Shown here: piece after piece, positions 57,101 to 63,986 of the stretch
Numbering within the stretch: the stretch's first letter is position 1
Layout: each line of letters opens with the position of its first letter
DNA from: Euglena gracilis
Lineage: Eukaryota
Assembly: GCA_039621445.1 (NCBI GenBank)
Contig: CP154954.1
Span: forward strand, 26,300,954 to 26,364,953
Direction of reading: 5' to 3'
Length of the DNA stretch: 64,000 nucleotides
Program-made: the position numbers and the translations under genes
The notes under the pieces: model-generated
Told to the model about the DNA's origin: nothing
What the model saw: only the letters and a program-made list of their open reading frames with translations
The model's database searches: none

Positions 57101-59425
57101 GGCCACCCGGTCGGCCGGTGCCGGCGAGGAGGGAGGCGGGGCCCTGGCTGGGGTGAGCTCGGAGTCGCCCTCCAGCTCGAACAGCCCTGCCATCATCATC
57201 ACCTCGACCCAGCCCATCTTCTATGGCTACTCGTCGTGCGGCTTGCTGTTGACCGCTCAACCAAGCCTGTGCGGCTGCTACGCCATCGGTGTGCTCGGTT
57301 TGCCGATGACGAAGAAATTCAACACTGCGCAAATTTGGTTTTATGCATTTCTGGTGTTTGGGTAATTTTGAAGATTTTTCAAAATTCGAAATTTCATGAA
57401 TTCAAGACATTTCCTGGCAGATGTCAAAAGAGTCACCGGACAGAACCCCGTAAACCTGCAGACATTGAACACACGCAAACACAATCGTGCTTAGCCACCC
57501 TTTTTTGCATGTTTTGTGGGTTTTTTTTTGTGTTGTGCTTTTTGAGGATCCATGTTGCGCCACCCCCCCCCCTGGTTGTGTGGTGTGCAAATGGGGTACA
57601 GTCCGTGCCGATCGTGGGGCGGCTGGCGGGCCGGCGGCCGGCTCACCCTGCCCTCCCCTGCGCGTGCCGGGCGGGGGTCCGTTACGCATCCGAGAGGCCC
57701 TCCGCCCCGTCCCCTCCCCAACAGGCACCGCGGCCGACAGCGGCTCGTCCCAGCTGCCGGCGGACCTCCCGTCGGAGGTCTTCTTCAGCATGCTCCAGCC
57801 CAGGCCGCGGCAGGACGCACCCGTGTGCGAGGGGGGCAGAGGGGGGTCTCGCAGTAGCCCTTTGGGGACTGGGGCCTGCGTGATAATGGGGATGGAACTG
57901 TGACTGTCAGGAGGAGGAGGCAGTGGAATGGGAGGGAGTGAATGAATGTAAGGGTAGTAATAATGCAATTCAATAATGATATAATGTTAATATAATCCAT
58001 ACATGATATTCATGACCTCATGTGCTAATTCACAATCTCCTGAATGACAGCATATGGTATGATATGATATAAAATGACATGACATGATATGATATGATAT
58101 GACATGATATGATATGATATGATATGATATGATATGATATGATATGATACGATATGATATGACATGATATAACATTGTACAATGTAATAGCACATGAGCA
58201 CATAGCGTGGGGGATGAGGTTTCCAAGGGTGGGTGGGCCGGTTTGAACTTTTGGACCCCCCAGGGCTTCCCCAGGGTTGGGGATTGCTGTGGGGTTGGCT
58301 GCTGGGGGATTTTTGAAGTTTTTTTTTTTGGCTGATTTCAGTGGTTTTGGGCTGGTGAGCCTTTGGAACCCCCCCCCCCCCACAAAAGGGTTGGGTTGGG
58401 CTTTCGAAGAAAAGAAAAGTGGGTGGGTTGGATTTCATTTCATTCCCTGGGGTTGCCAACAAAATTTATGGTCGAGGTAAGAAGCAGGTTTGACCTATGA
58501 GACATCTCGGGTGGTCACAATTTCAATTATTTGTGAGAGTTTCAAAAAAAATTCCTGCTGCGTCATTCGGTAATGTTTTCTTCATTCCGATGGAATTCGA
58601 TTTCACACAAAAATTATTTCTTTCTTTTGAAACTTTTGTGGTTGTCGCTCGAAATAAAACCTCCCAAGTTTCTTTTGTAGATTCCAGTTGGAGTTGATCC
58701 AATGTCAAGAAAAAGAAGTCTATCCCCAACGCCTTGTATTTGCATATTGCAGTTGCAACAAAAAAAACTCTTTGACCTCTTTAATCTGTGAGCACCCAGC
58801 TCACAACTACTTTCACGTTGCATGAATGATCAAGTGCATTGTTGGTATGAAAGGATTTTAAGGCAATTTTACCCTTCACGGATAAGAAAAATGACCGAAA
58901 ATGGCCGAAAATGGCCGAAAATGGCGAAAATCTGGGGTCGACTTTTGCTGCTTGATCCTGATGGGTGATCTTCACCCAAAAAATATTCTTCGGGGTTGCC
59001 AGCTTTTCGTTCAAAATTCCCCATGTGTTCTTGACACAGATACCTGACCCACCACCTCCTGGGCAGACAGTCAACCCCCCCCACCCCTCCACCAGCTTCC
59101 CACACGCCCACCCCCGCGTCACCTCCAAACACCCAAGCGGCGCCCAAACAAAGGGGACGGAAGGGGAACAGGAGGAGGGCCTCGAAGCCGTGGGATGCCC
59201 CGGATGAGCAAACAAGTCATCGCCGGCTGCTGCACAAGCGAGCCGTTCCGCACGTGTGTGCCCCCCCCCCCCGACCCCGCTTTGAGACATCATGGTTTAG
59301 GCCACCCCCAGCCCACCGTGCATGTGCTGTGGCCAGCCCCCCCCCCCCCGCCCCGCTGTCCCCCTCCCAGGCAGTCGCCGCTGCCGGCGGACAGCACCGT
59401 GGGAGGGGTGTGGGGCACGTGCTAT
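302..59425 (+). CDS. Giant multi-exon gene, partial at both ends: mucin-like surface/secreted protein with a ~2000-aa TPSA/TPT stalk followed by a Cys-containing extracellular-like region
   Basis: GC- and CpG-rich coding islands join in frame when introns are removed using NNNCAG...CTGNNNNN or GT...AG borders; phases match at almost every junction from 302 to 44135 and from 52735 to 59253. Confidence 0.85.
729..850 (+). repeat. Degenerate ~11-bp tandem repeat (CCGCAATTTT/C), also at ~7169-7290
   Basis: Visible tandem units. Confidence 0.75.
2308..2392. repeat. (TA)n microsatellite
   Basis: Direct reading. Confidence 0.95.
2509..5142. mobile_element. 2.6-kb non-autonomous TIR element with a 5-bp TSD (TCTGA)
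   Basis: Perfect TIR CTTAGGCGGCGCGAATTGCCCAA; empty paralogous site at ~9590-9620. Confidence 0.85.
6742..7113 (+). CDS. TPSA-repeat exon 2 (372 nt)
   Basis: Same borders as exon 1; near-identical copy. Confidence 0.85.
9778..10146 (+). CDS. TPSA-repeat exon 3 (~369 nt)
   Basis: CTGccccc|ACC acceptor; donor arm tcgggcgttgcaaac pairs with gtttgcgccgcccaa at 11160-11174; exact cut is ambiguous within a TCTG direct repeat. Confidence 0.8.
11179..11397 (+). CDS. TPSA-repeat exon 4 (~219 nt)
   Basis: Donor GCC|agcCAGgacggaaccccc. Confidence 0.8.
11549..12115. mobile_element. MITE of the GCAGAACGGGAA/TTCCCGTTCTGCCC family
   Basis: TIRs present; ~550 bp homologous to 20799-21360; another right end at ~24034-24054. 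Confidence 0.7.
12851..13006 (+). CDS. TPSA-repeat exon 5 (156 nt)
   Basis: gggggtctgtttCTGcatcc|ACC ... GCC|accCAGgacggagc. Confidence 0.85.
13458..13829 (+). CDS. TPSA-repeat exon 6 (372 nt)
   Basis: gctctgcttCTGacccc|ACC ... GCT|gccCAGgacag. Confidence 0.85.
14384..14599 (+). CDS. TPSA-repeat exon 7 (216 nt)
   Basis: gctctgcctCTGccccc|ACC ... GCT|gccCAGgacggagc. Confidence 0.85.
15092..15307 (+). CDS. TPSA-repeat exon 8 (216 nt)
   Basis: gctttgcctCTGcctcc|ACC ... GCT|gccCAGaacag. Confidence 0.85.
15675..15959. repeat. Compound (CA)n/(CACC)n/(CACG)n microsatellite
   Basis: Direct reading. Confidence 0.95.
16719..17090 (+). CDS. TPSA-repeat exon 9 (372 nt)
   Basis: gctctgcttCTGccccc|ACC ... 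GCT|gccCAGgacagagtt. Confidence 0.85.
17307..17721. mobile_element. TA-flanked MITE (CCCCCAAAAAATAAGACC family)
   Basis: TIRs and TA flanks; relative at 40911-41351. Confidence 0.75.
18621..19052 (+). CDS. TPSA-repeat exon 10 (432 nt)
   Basis: gactctgcttCTGccccc|ACC ... GCC|gcgCAGgggtgg. Confidence 0.85.
20373..20629 (+). CDS. TPSA-repeat exon 11 (257 nt)
   Basis: tcacctCTGtctcc|ACC ... CC|aaaAAGgtacc. Confidence 0.8.
22144..22511. mobile_element. Foldback MITE with tandem GGCACCGCT(G/T)G subterminal repeats
   Basis: TIR GGGGATGCC...GGCATCCCC flanked by GGT on both sides. Confidence 0.7.
22798..22897. mobile_element. 100-bp TA-flanked MITE
   Basis: Absent from the paralogous repeat at ~23832 (gagTAacttggg); inverted relative at ~42530-42620. 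Confidence 0.75.
24591..24861 (+). CDS. TPSA-repeat exon 12 (271 nt)
   Basis: ggtacCTGgcccc|A ACA completes the Pro codon left by exon 11; donor GCT|gccCAGgacagagc. Confidence 0.8.
25673..26044 (+). CDS. TPSA-repeat exon 13 (372 nt)
   Basis: gctctgcttCTGacccc|ACC ... GCC|agcCAGgttgaaagc. Confidence 0.85.
27302..27457 (+). CDS. TPSA-repeat exon 14 (156 nt)
   Basis: gcttctctcCTGcaacc|ACC ... GCC|accCAGggcagagc. Confidence 0.85.
27519..27756. mobile_element. hAT-like MITE with CAG...CTG termini and an 8-bp TSD (ATCGCGCC)
   Basis: TIR CAGGCTTCTTTTTAAG / CTTAAAAAGAAGCCTG; TSD at 27511-27518 and 27757-27764. Confidence 0.9.
29356..29631 (+). CDS. TPSA-repeat exon 15 (276 nt)
   Basis: gctctcccATGccccc|ACC ... 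ACT|tttCAGggcccaacctcc. Confidence 0.8.
29784..30220 (+). CDS. TPSA-repeat exon 16 (437 nt)
   Basis: ggaggtcggtgctCTGccccc|ACC ... CC|acaCAGgggg. Confidence 0.8.
31446..31616 (+). CDS. Thr-rich exon 17
   Basis: cccCTGcctcc|G ACC; followed by a 97-nt intron with a ggggcgc/gcgctcc stem whose removal restores the frame. Confidence 0.75.
31714..32183 (+). CDS. Thr-rich exon 18
   Basis: [17 protein letters not shown]...RTWT; GT donor at 32184, phase 1. Confidence 0.8.
32422..32623. mobile_element. TA-flanked MITE (CCAAATAACACC family)
   Basis: Homologous to 37850-38042 and 38149-38365. Confidence 0.75.
33636..33813 (+). CDS. Thr-rich exon 19
   Basis: ttctctccAG| acceptor, phase 1; donor AC|gtcCAGgctggc. 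Confidence 0.8.
34089..34252. mobile_element. TA-flanked MITE (CCGGGAAACTGTCA family)
   Basis: TIRs; internal GGCCAACCTGTCAG repeats; relatives at ~12114-12318 and ~5700-6238. Confidence 0.8.
36310..36660 (+). repeat. ~350-nt A-rich tract flanked by a ~47-bp direct repeat
   Basis: Direct reading; repeat copies at 36205-36251 and 36661-36708. Confidence 0.85.
36952..37200 (+). CDS. Thr-rich exon 20 (3' border +/-2 nt)
   Basis: gcccgcCTGccccc|G ACC; donor arm ccacgctg pairs with tggcgtgg at ~37649-37656. Confidence 0.75.
37662..37736 (+). CDS. Exon 21, end of the stalk ([25 protein letters not shown])
   Basis: Codon-like Thr-rich frame; GT donor at 37737, phase 2. Confidence 0.7.
37850..38042. 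mobile_element. TA-flanked MITE (CCAAATAACACC family)
   Basis: TIR AACCCCC..AAATAAC / GTTATTT..GGGGGTT with TA on both sides. Confidence 0.8.
38149..38365. mobile_element. TA-flanked MITE, inverted copy of 37850-38042
   Basis: Internal sequence is the reverse complement of the neighbouring copy. Confidence 0.8.
39313..39339 (+). CDS. 27-nt exon (CVLHWTCP)
   Basis: ctgcAG| ... |GTacgg; phase 2/2 matches both neighbours. Confidence 0.65.
39420..39592 (+). CDS. Exon [22 protein letters not shown]...SFSVSGR
   Basis: AG acceptor; donor A|gccCAGgcaacccc; strong GC3 bias. Confidence 0.8.
39992..40099 (+). CDS. Exon [35 protein letters not shown]
   Basis: ggggcgcCTGccgcc| acceptor; donor C|ggcCAGgacacccctccc. 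Confidence 0.8.
40440..40564 (+). CDS. Exon [41 protein letters not shown]
   Basis: gggaggggggccCTGccgcc| acceptor; GT donor. Confidence 0.8.
40911..41351. mobile_element. TA-flanked MITE (AAAATAAGACC family)
   Basis: Degenerate TIRs and TA flanks. Confidence 0.6.
42931..43056 (+). CDS. Exon [42 protein letters not shown]
   Basis: AG/GT borders, phase 0. Confidence 0.75.
43312..43425 (+). CDS. Exon [38 protein letters not shown]
   Basis: AG/GT borders, phase 0. Confidence 0.75.
43706..43723 (+). CDS. 18-nt microexon (TAIWVP)
   Basis: cccAG| acceptor; donor |aagCAGccctttcgggccattt pairs with aaatgg..ccc..gaaagCTGttaaa| at ~44046-44075. Confidence 0.55.
44076..44135 (+). CDS. Exon [20 protein letters not shown]
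   Basis: Nonconventional borders on both sides; donor |tcaCAGgga pairs with tccCTGtg at 46672-46679. Confidence 0.6.
44183..44443. mobile_element. hAT-like MITE with CAG...CTG termini
   Basis: TIR CAGGGTTGTATGGGAA / TTCCCATACAAGCCTG; TSD degenerate. Confidence 0.65.
46683..46897 (+). CDS. Probable exon with apparent indels or two in-frame TGA (..[21 protein letters not shown])
   Basis: CTGtgtat| acceptor and GT donor whose phase 2 matches the next exon; interior frame is disrupted. Confidence 0.45.
47832..48040 (+). CDS. Exon [52 protein letters not shown]...NYSS
   Basis: AG/GT borders; strong GC3 bias; N-x-T/S sequons. Confidence 0.8.
48155..48258. repeat. (ATATG)n pentanucleotide repeat
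   Basis: Direct reading. Confidence 0.9.
48707..48974. repeat. Foldback element containing TTAGGG/CCCTAA repeats
   Basis: GCTCCCAACTA...TAGTTGGGAGC termini; long inverted inner arms. Confidence 0.7.
50210..50292 (+). CDS. Exon [27 protein letters not shown] (3' border uncertain)
   Basis: Polypyrimidine + gcAG acceptor; phase 1 matches the 48040 donor. Confidence 0.65.
50778..50842 (+). CDS. Tentative small exon ([21 protein letters not shown])
   Basis: AG/GT borders; phase chains to the next two exons; upstream join unresolved. Confidence 0.35.
50957..50989 (+). CDS. Tentative small exon ([10 protein letters not shown])
   Basis: ttccAG| ... |GTagac, phase 1/1. Confidence 0.4.
51899..51974 (+). 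repeat. Three tandem copies of a ~25-bp unit (GGACGGGATTTTTTCCGCTCAGGA)
   Basis: Direct reading. Confidence 0.85.
52046..52170 (+). CDS. Exon [38 protein letters not shown] (3' border uncertain)
   Basis: Polypyrimidine + gcAG acceptor; coding-like frame. Confidence 0.6.
52735..52767 (+). CDS. Tentative small exon ([10 protein letters not shown])
   Basis: gcAG| ... |GTatga; phase 1 matches 53339. Confidence 0.45.
   Translation, partial: VQPGGTFLGR
53339..53385 (+). CDS. Exon [15 protein letters not shown]
   Basis: AG/GT borders; phase 0 into the next exon. Confidence 0.55.
53448..53570 (+). CDS. Exon [41 protein letters not shown]
   Basis: AG acceptor; donor |agcCAGactgccggagg pairs with cctccagcttTCTG at ~54216-54229. 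Confidence 0.7.
53931..54148. repeat. Compound (CA)n/(CG)n/(CACG)n/(GA)n microsatellite
   Basis: Direct reading. Confidence 0.95.
54235..54268 (+). CDS. Small exon [11 protein letters not shown]
   Basis: CTGctgtc| acceptor; GT donor, phase 1 matches 54913. Confidence 0.5.
54913..55009 (+). CDS. Exon [31 protein letters not shown]
   Basis: AG/GT borders, phase 1/2. Confidence 0.75.
55763..55869 (+). CDS. Exon [35 protein letters not shown]
   Basis: AG/GT borders, phase 2/1; GxYxVC beta-strand motif. Confidence 0.8.
56716..56758 (+). CDS. Exon [13 protein letters not shown]
   Basis: AG acceptor; donor |atcCAGgggctccgcttc pairs with gaggcggggccCTG. Confidence 0.7.
57152..57288 (+). CDS. Exon [45 protein letters not shown]
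   Basis: CTGgctgg| acceptor; GT donor, phase 1. Confidence 0.8.
57725..57802 (+). CDS. Exon [25 protein letters not shown] (3' border tentative)
   Basis: acAG| acceptor, phase 1; donor arm cgcggca pairs with tgccccg at 59196-59202. Confidence 0.7.
58052..58170. repeat. (ATATG)n pentanucleotide repeat
   Basis: Direct reading. Confidence 0.9.
59208..59253 (+). CDS. Exon [14 protein letters not shown]
   Basis: Stem-defined acceptor; GT donor. Confidence 0.55.
59371..59425 (+). CDS. Tentative exon [18 protein letters not shown] (3' border unknown)
   Basis: cctcccAG| acceptor, phase 2. Confidence 0.4.
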
Positions 59426-60929
59426 TAGGCCGCCCCCTCCCGATGAAGGCCCGCCGCCCCCCGGGCCGCGCAAGCAATGCTCCCCTTCAACCGACGGCGT
59501 ACGGGATCTGGACTCCCCCTGGGTTGGTGTTGCTCACCCACTTCTGTCGTGTGACAAGAATTGTAACCCTCCTGGGCATGGCCTTCATGTTTGTGTATGT
59601 CGGCTGTATTGAAACTGAATTGTCCATGGGATCGTTTGTTTTGATCAGTGTTCTGTTCCCTGGAGCCCAGAATAATAATAATTAGAATGAGAATAATAGA
59701 TGACGTTGAGTACAATGTTCAACCCCCCCCCGAACCAAGAGTTGGCAGGAATTCCAGGTATTTGTTAGGGGGTTGCCCGCAAATTTTAGTCACAAATAAT
59801 CACAACTCATCACAAATAACGGCAAATAAACGCAAAAAAGGCAGAATCTTTTAGGAGCTCACCTGGGATGTACATTTTCGGCTGGAGAGGACTTCGAAAG
59901 ATTTTCGGTTTTTTTTTGCGCCGCTTTTTTTGAGCGTCCGTGTTGCGTCCCCCCCCCCATCCTTTCGGGGGGAGAATCCAGCTGCGGGCGGACTCGGCTG
60001 TGCTCGATTCTGGCAGTCCCTCCCCCCTGAGGGCCTAAACCCCCTCCAAAATTATTTGGCAGAGAAACCTGGTTTTGACCTTCCCCCTTCACGCGACACC
60101 TCGGGCTACGCACTTTACCCTTGCGAGCAATGGACACACTAATATTTAAACCTAGCGGATTCCTTTCGCCCCCCCACGTTTGGGGCAACCGGCGGGGAGC
60201 TCTGACTCCATAGGGTCGCATGCCTTTGCTCGCCCGGCGTGTGTTGTTTGGATTGTTGCTGCGTTTGATTAGGCCAGTCCCGGCTACGTACTCCTCGGGC
60301 AAGCCGAGAAGGAGGAAGGGACACCGAGGTGCGAAGCACAGTACGCATCATTGTCCCTGCGTGCCTCTGTAGTCGCCGTCGGCTGTCCTGCGAGCCAAGC
60401 TTTGTGTGCCCTTGGGCGTGGTTTAGGGGACACCGAGGAGGGCAGACATTCATTTGGAGGCCATGCCCTCGTGTCCGTCCTGGACGGAAAGATAGGGAAG
60501 GTCCGCTCGCTGGGTTAGGTCCTTCGCCATTAGGCCGAATAGAAGGAGGGTCGGATGATATTCAAAAATAGGATAACACCAGTAGGAGCGCCCCGCCCCC
60601 CCCTCCTTCTCGCGTGGTCGACCCGTGGAGCGCACTTTTTTTTTTTTTTTTTCCACTGAGCGGGTCTTCCCCCCCCACCCTTCCCCCCGCCCCCCTGGCC
60701 CCCGCCTCATCTTCTGGACCGATGGGCGTTTGTGAAAGTGAAGACAAATGTTGTTCTTAAAGGGGTGTGGGGGGGTATGGCTGGGGTCGGGGCCTCCCCA
60801 ATGATGTCTTTGTGCTTCCCCCTCGGTGTCCCTTCCTCCCTTCTCGGCTTGCCTCGAGGGAGTACGAGACACCTCGGGCTCCGCACTTTGCCATTGTGAG
60901 GCCAGATTTTTCACTGAAAATAGGGGGGC

Positions 60930-61830
60930 CAGGACATTCTCCAAAGAACCTTGGGCACCAAGTCTTTGATAATGGGCTGTAAAAGCCTCCACCCCCTTCC
61001 ATTGACCAATTTCACAAACTTCTTGGGCAGAAAGGCCCAATTTTTTTAGCAAACCAACCCCTGCCCCTCTGGTGGAGTGGGGTCCCCAAACCTGGGGGGG
61101 TACCCCCTGCTTGGTCAAAAAGTCTTTGGTGATAGAAGCAATGGTATCTGCCTTAATGGCTTTGTAGGGGGGTTTTAACGTAATTAAAAGGGGGCCCCCC
61201 GGTTTCATAAAGAAACGTGTTGCTGCCACATAAGACAACATTAAATGAAAGGGGCTGATTTGGGGGCACTGGGGAATGGAGACAACTCTCTCCCACTTGT
61301 GGAGTTTTTGACCTTTACGTTTAATTTTGATGTAGGGTGCCCCCCCCCCAACACACTGGTGGTTCTTTGGACCTGTGCCAAATCTGAACTTCTGTATAAA
61401 CAGAGGATTCGTGAACAGAAAATGAGTTGTGTACGCAATGTACATATATCAGAGGGCAGGGGGGACTGTGGCAGCCCCAGGAGGATTGGGAGGGGATCCC
61501 AGAATGCACCATATTTCTCCAGATTTTGGTTCCAAGGCCTTTTATAAGGTGCCAACATGGCATGGAACCTCAGGCCCCCAAAGCCAGGGATCAATAGCAT
61601 AGCACTGTATGCATTGCGTGCTTGGGCCTTTGAAAATTGGAACAGTTGAATTAAAGCGTCAACCACTTGGTCAGTGGTGGCTTCAGGGGGGGTAGCCCCA
61701 TTTTTTCCAGAATCACCCATAAAAGCGTAAAGGCACTTTGGTACCTTTTCAAACTGGGGTTTCTTCCCAGGAAATCGTTAATGGTTGAATTTTGTATTTG
61801 TTTCCCCTCCAAAATTTGCCTGGCCACCTG
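60930..61830 (-). CDS. Tyrosine recombinase (phage-integrase family), split by homopolymer frameshifts
   Basis: LYRSSDL (R), KRKG (K), HSTR (HxxR), GQW, AHY (catalytic Y). Confidence 0.85.
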
Positions 61831-61859
61831 GGGGGTGGCATTTTTTCCCCCCTGCAATT

Positions 61860-62200
61860 GGTGAACATACCCTTGTAAGGGGTGATTTTCAGGCAGGGGG
61901 TCCCTGGTATTTTCATTTTTATTAATTGGGGCCACCATGTGGCTGAATCCCAGTAGGGGGTGACCATCAAAACTTTGGTTTGTGGAAACATTTTTAACCT
62001 GGGGAGAAATTTTTGAATTACAGACCAGGGGGGGGTTTGCATAAAGTCCTCCCATGTTGTCTAGTGGACATTGCAATGCATCCACTGCTGTGGCTCCCCA
62101 GTGGGGCCACCTGGCCACAAATTGTGGCAGTTTTTTGTTGCCTGGTGAGGCAAAAAGGTCTGTTTTCAGGTTTATGTAATTTTTGAACTGCTGCCTCAGC
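61860..62200 (-). CDS. DIRS DNA N6-adenine methyltransferase-like domain
   Basis: DLFAS..NKKLPQF, AVDAL, YANPP(W), VTPYW..TWWPQL; frameshift at the G run 62028-62035. Confidence 0.8.
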
Positions 62201-62249
62201 CATTGAAAAAGTTGGGGGACCAGGGAATAATCCCCCCTGTCCATTTCCC

Positions 62250-63986
62250 ACCTGCTTATGGGGTCTTCCAGGCATTCCTGTGAAGGAACCCACTTTACTT
62301 GTAGGTTTATGTTGTGTTCCATGCACCATTTGAAAAAGGGTCTCAGCATGGAATTGAAGGGGTCTTTTCTGCCCCCCCCCCTTTTGTTAAGTAATAGTAA
62401 ATTACTTGATTGTCCACTGACAGGGACACAGTTTCTCCTGGCTGGCTGAGGCTTTGAACTGTGCTTATTGCTGCACTTAATTCCTTGACATTTATGTGCA
62501 AAATGGAGTTTTCTCTCCAAAATTCTTGCACAATTTTTCCTGTTCGAATGTCCAGCCCCCCCCCCCAGGCATGGGTGCTGCTGTCTGAGTGCAACTCTCT
62601 GGTTGCACTTTGGGGGAAGGGTCTGCCCCCCCATGTGTCCAGCAGAAGTTTTATTTCTCTTAATTGGTCCTTTATTCTTTGAGAAATGGGGTGTTTTGAG
62701 TCCCAGGGGGCTGTGGAATTTTCCACCAAAAAATTTGCCAGGGCATCCGTAAAGGCCCTTAGAAAGGGCAGGGCCCTTAGATTGCATCTGATTTGGCCCA
62801 AAATGGCAGCCAGTTGCCTTTTTGACGTGTAATCTTTTTTCACTATTTTTCCCAGCTCCTTTTTTGCTGTTTTTATTTTCTGGGGGGGCACCTGTAATTT
62901 TCCCTCTTGGAAGTTTAGCTGAAATCCAAGATGATTTACGATTTGGGTGGGCTGCAGGGTGGACTTTTTTACATTGATTTTGAATCCTGATTTGATTAAA
63001 TCCCTGACCACTGTGTTCAGGTGATTTTGTAAGATGTTTTGTGTTGGGGCCACCAGTAAAATGTCGTCCAGGTAAATAAATACCTGGATGCCCTTTCTCC
63101 TCCACAGCTTTTCGAATGTCTTCGTTACTGACATAAAAATTTGGGGCATTACATTTAGGCCAAAACAGCCTGCCTGGAATTCCCAGGTCTGCCCCCCCAC
63201 CTGATGTCTTAGAAAGGGCCTTAGGGCCTGGCTTACTGGGATGTGGAAGTAAGCATCCTTCAGGTCTATTTTTGCTGCCCAGTGGCCTTTTTCTAACACT
63301 GGAAAAATGTGCTGGATGCGATCCAGCTTGAAAGGTTTCACTTGGAATCGTTGATTTATTTCCCTGCAATCGCTTATTAATCTCCATTTTGTCTGCTCCC
63401 CTTCTGGTTTCGAAATCAGAAACCAGGGGATTAGGTGCTGGGTGGTTGAATCCCTCACCCTCTTTACGGATCCAGATTTTTCGTAATCCAGCAGTATTTT
63501 TTCTGCTTGGTGCAGGTTCAAATTTGCCCTGGGTTTTGGGTGGGTGGACAATTTTGGTGGTTTTACCCAAGGGGGTTGAATGCCATCCCTGATTAGTTGA
63601 CATGTTGTTGGGGGGGCATTTTTTGTCCACCATTTCAGGCTCTTTTGCAGCCTCTGATGGAGGGGGGTGTCTCCCCATTTTTCCTCCATGCAATTGATTT
63701 CTTGGATCAGATGATTGTGGGGGGGCTGGGCTGGAGATGTTGGACCTTTTAGGCTTTTTTGCAGCCTTTGATGGAGGGGGGTGTCTCCCCTTATTTCCTC
63801 CAGTGAATTTATTTTCTGGATAAGATGATTCTGGGGGGGCTGGGTTGGGGGTGTTGGACATTGCACCCCTAGGTCCCCTAGGGCTTGGGCCCTTGGAAAA
63901 AGAAATTTTTTCTGGGGGGATGTGCATGCACTCTCTCCATCTCTGCTCATCTCTCTGGATGATCTTGTTGTTGGGAGACATACCAT
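62250..63986 (-). CDS. DIRS reverse transcriptase + RNase H (frameshift at the C run 62372-62381)
   Basis: KWRLISDCREIN, KIDLKDAYFHIP, FGLNVMP, YLDDILL; RNase H motifs HSDSS..AWG, HINVKELSA, VDNQ, then KWVPSQECLEDPISR in the shifted frame. Confidence 0.9.

Noticed and set aside
60450-60930. C-terminal ~160 aa of ORF 60450-61445 as part of the recombinase
   Set aside because: It lies beyond the catalytic Tyr and runs through ICR-like repeats and homopolymers, so it is probably readthrough caused by frame errors.
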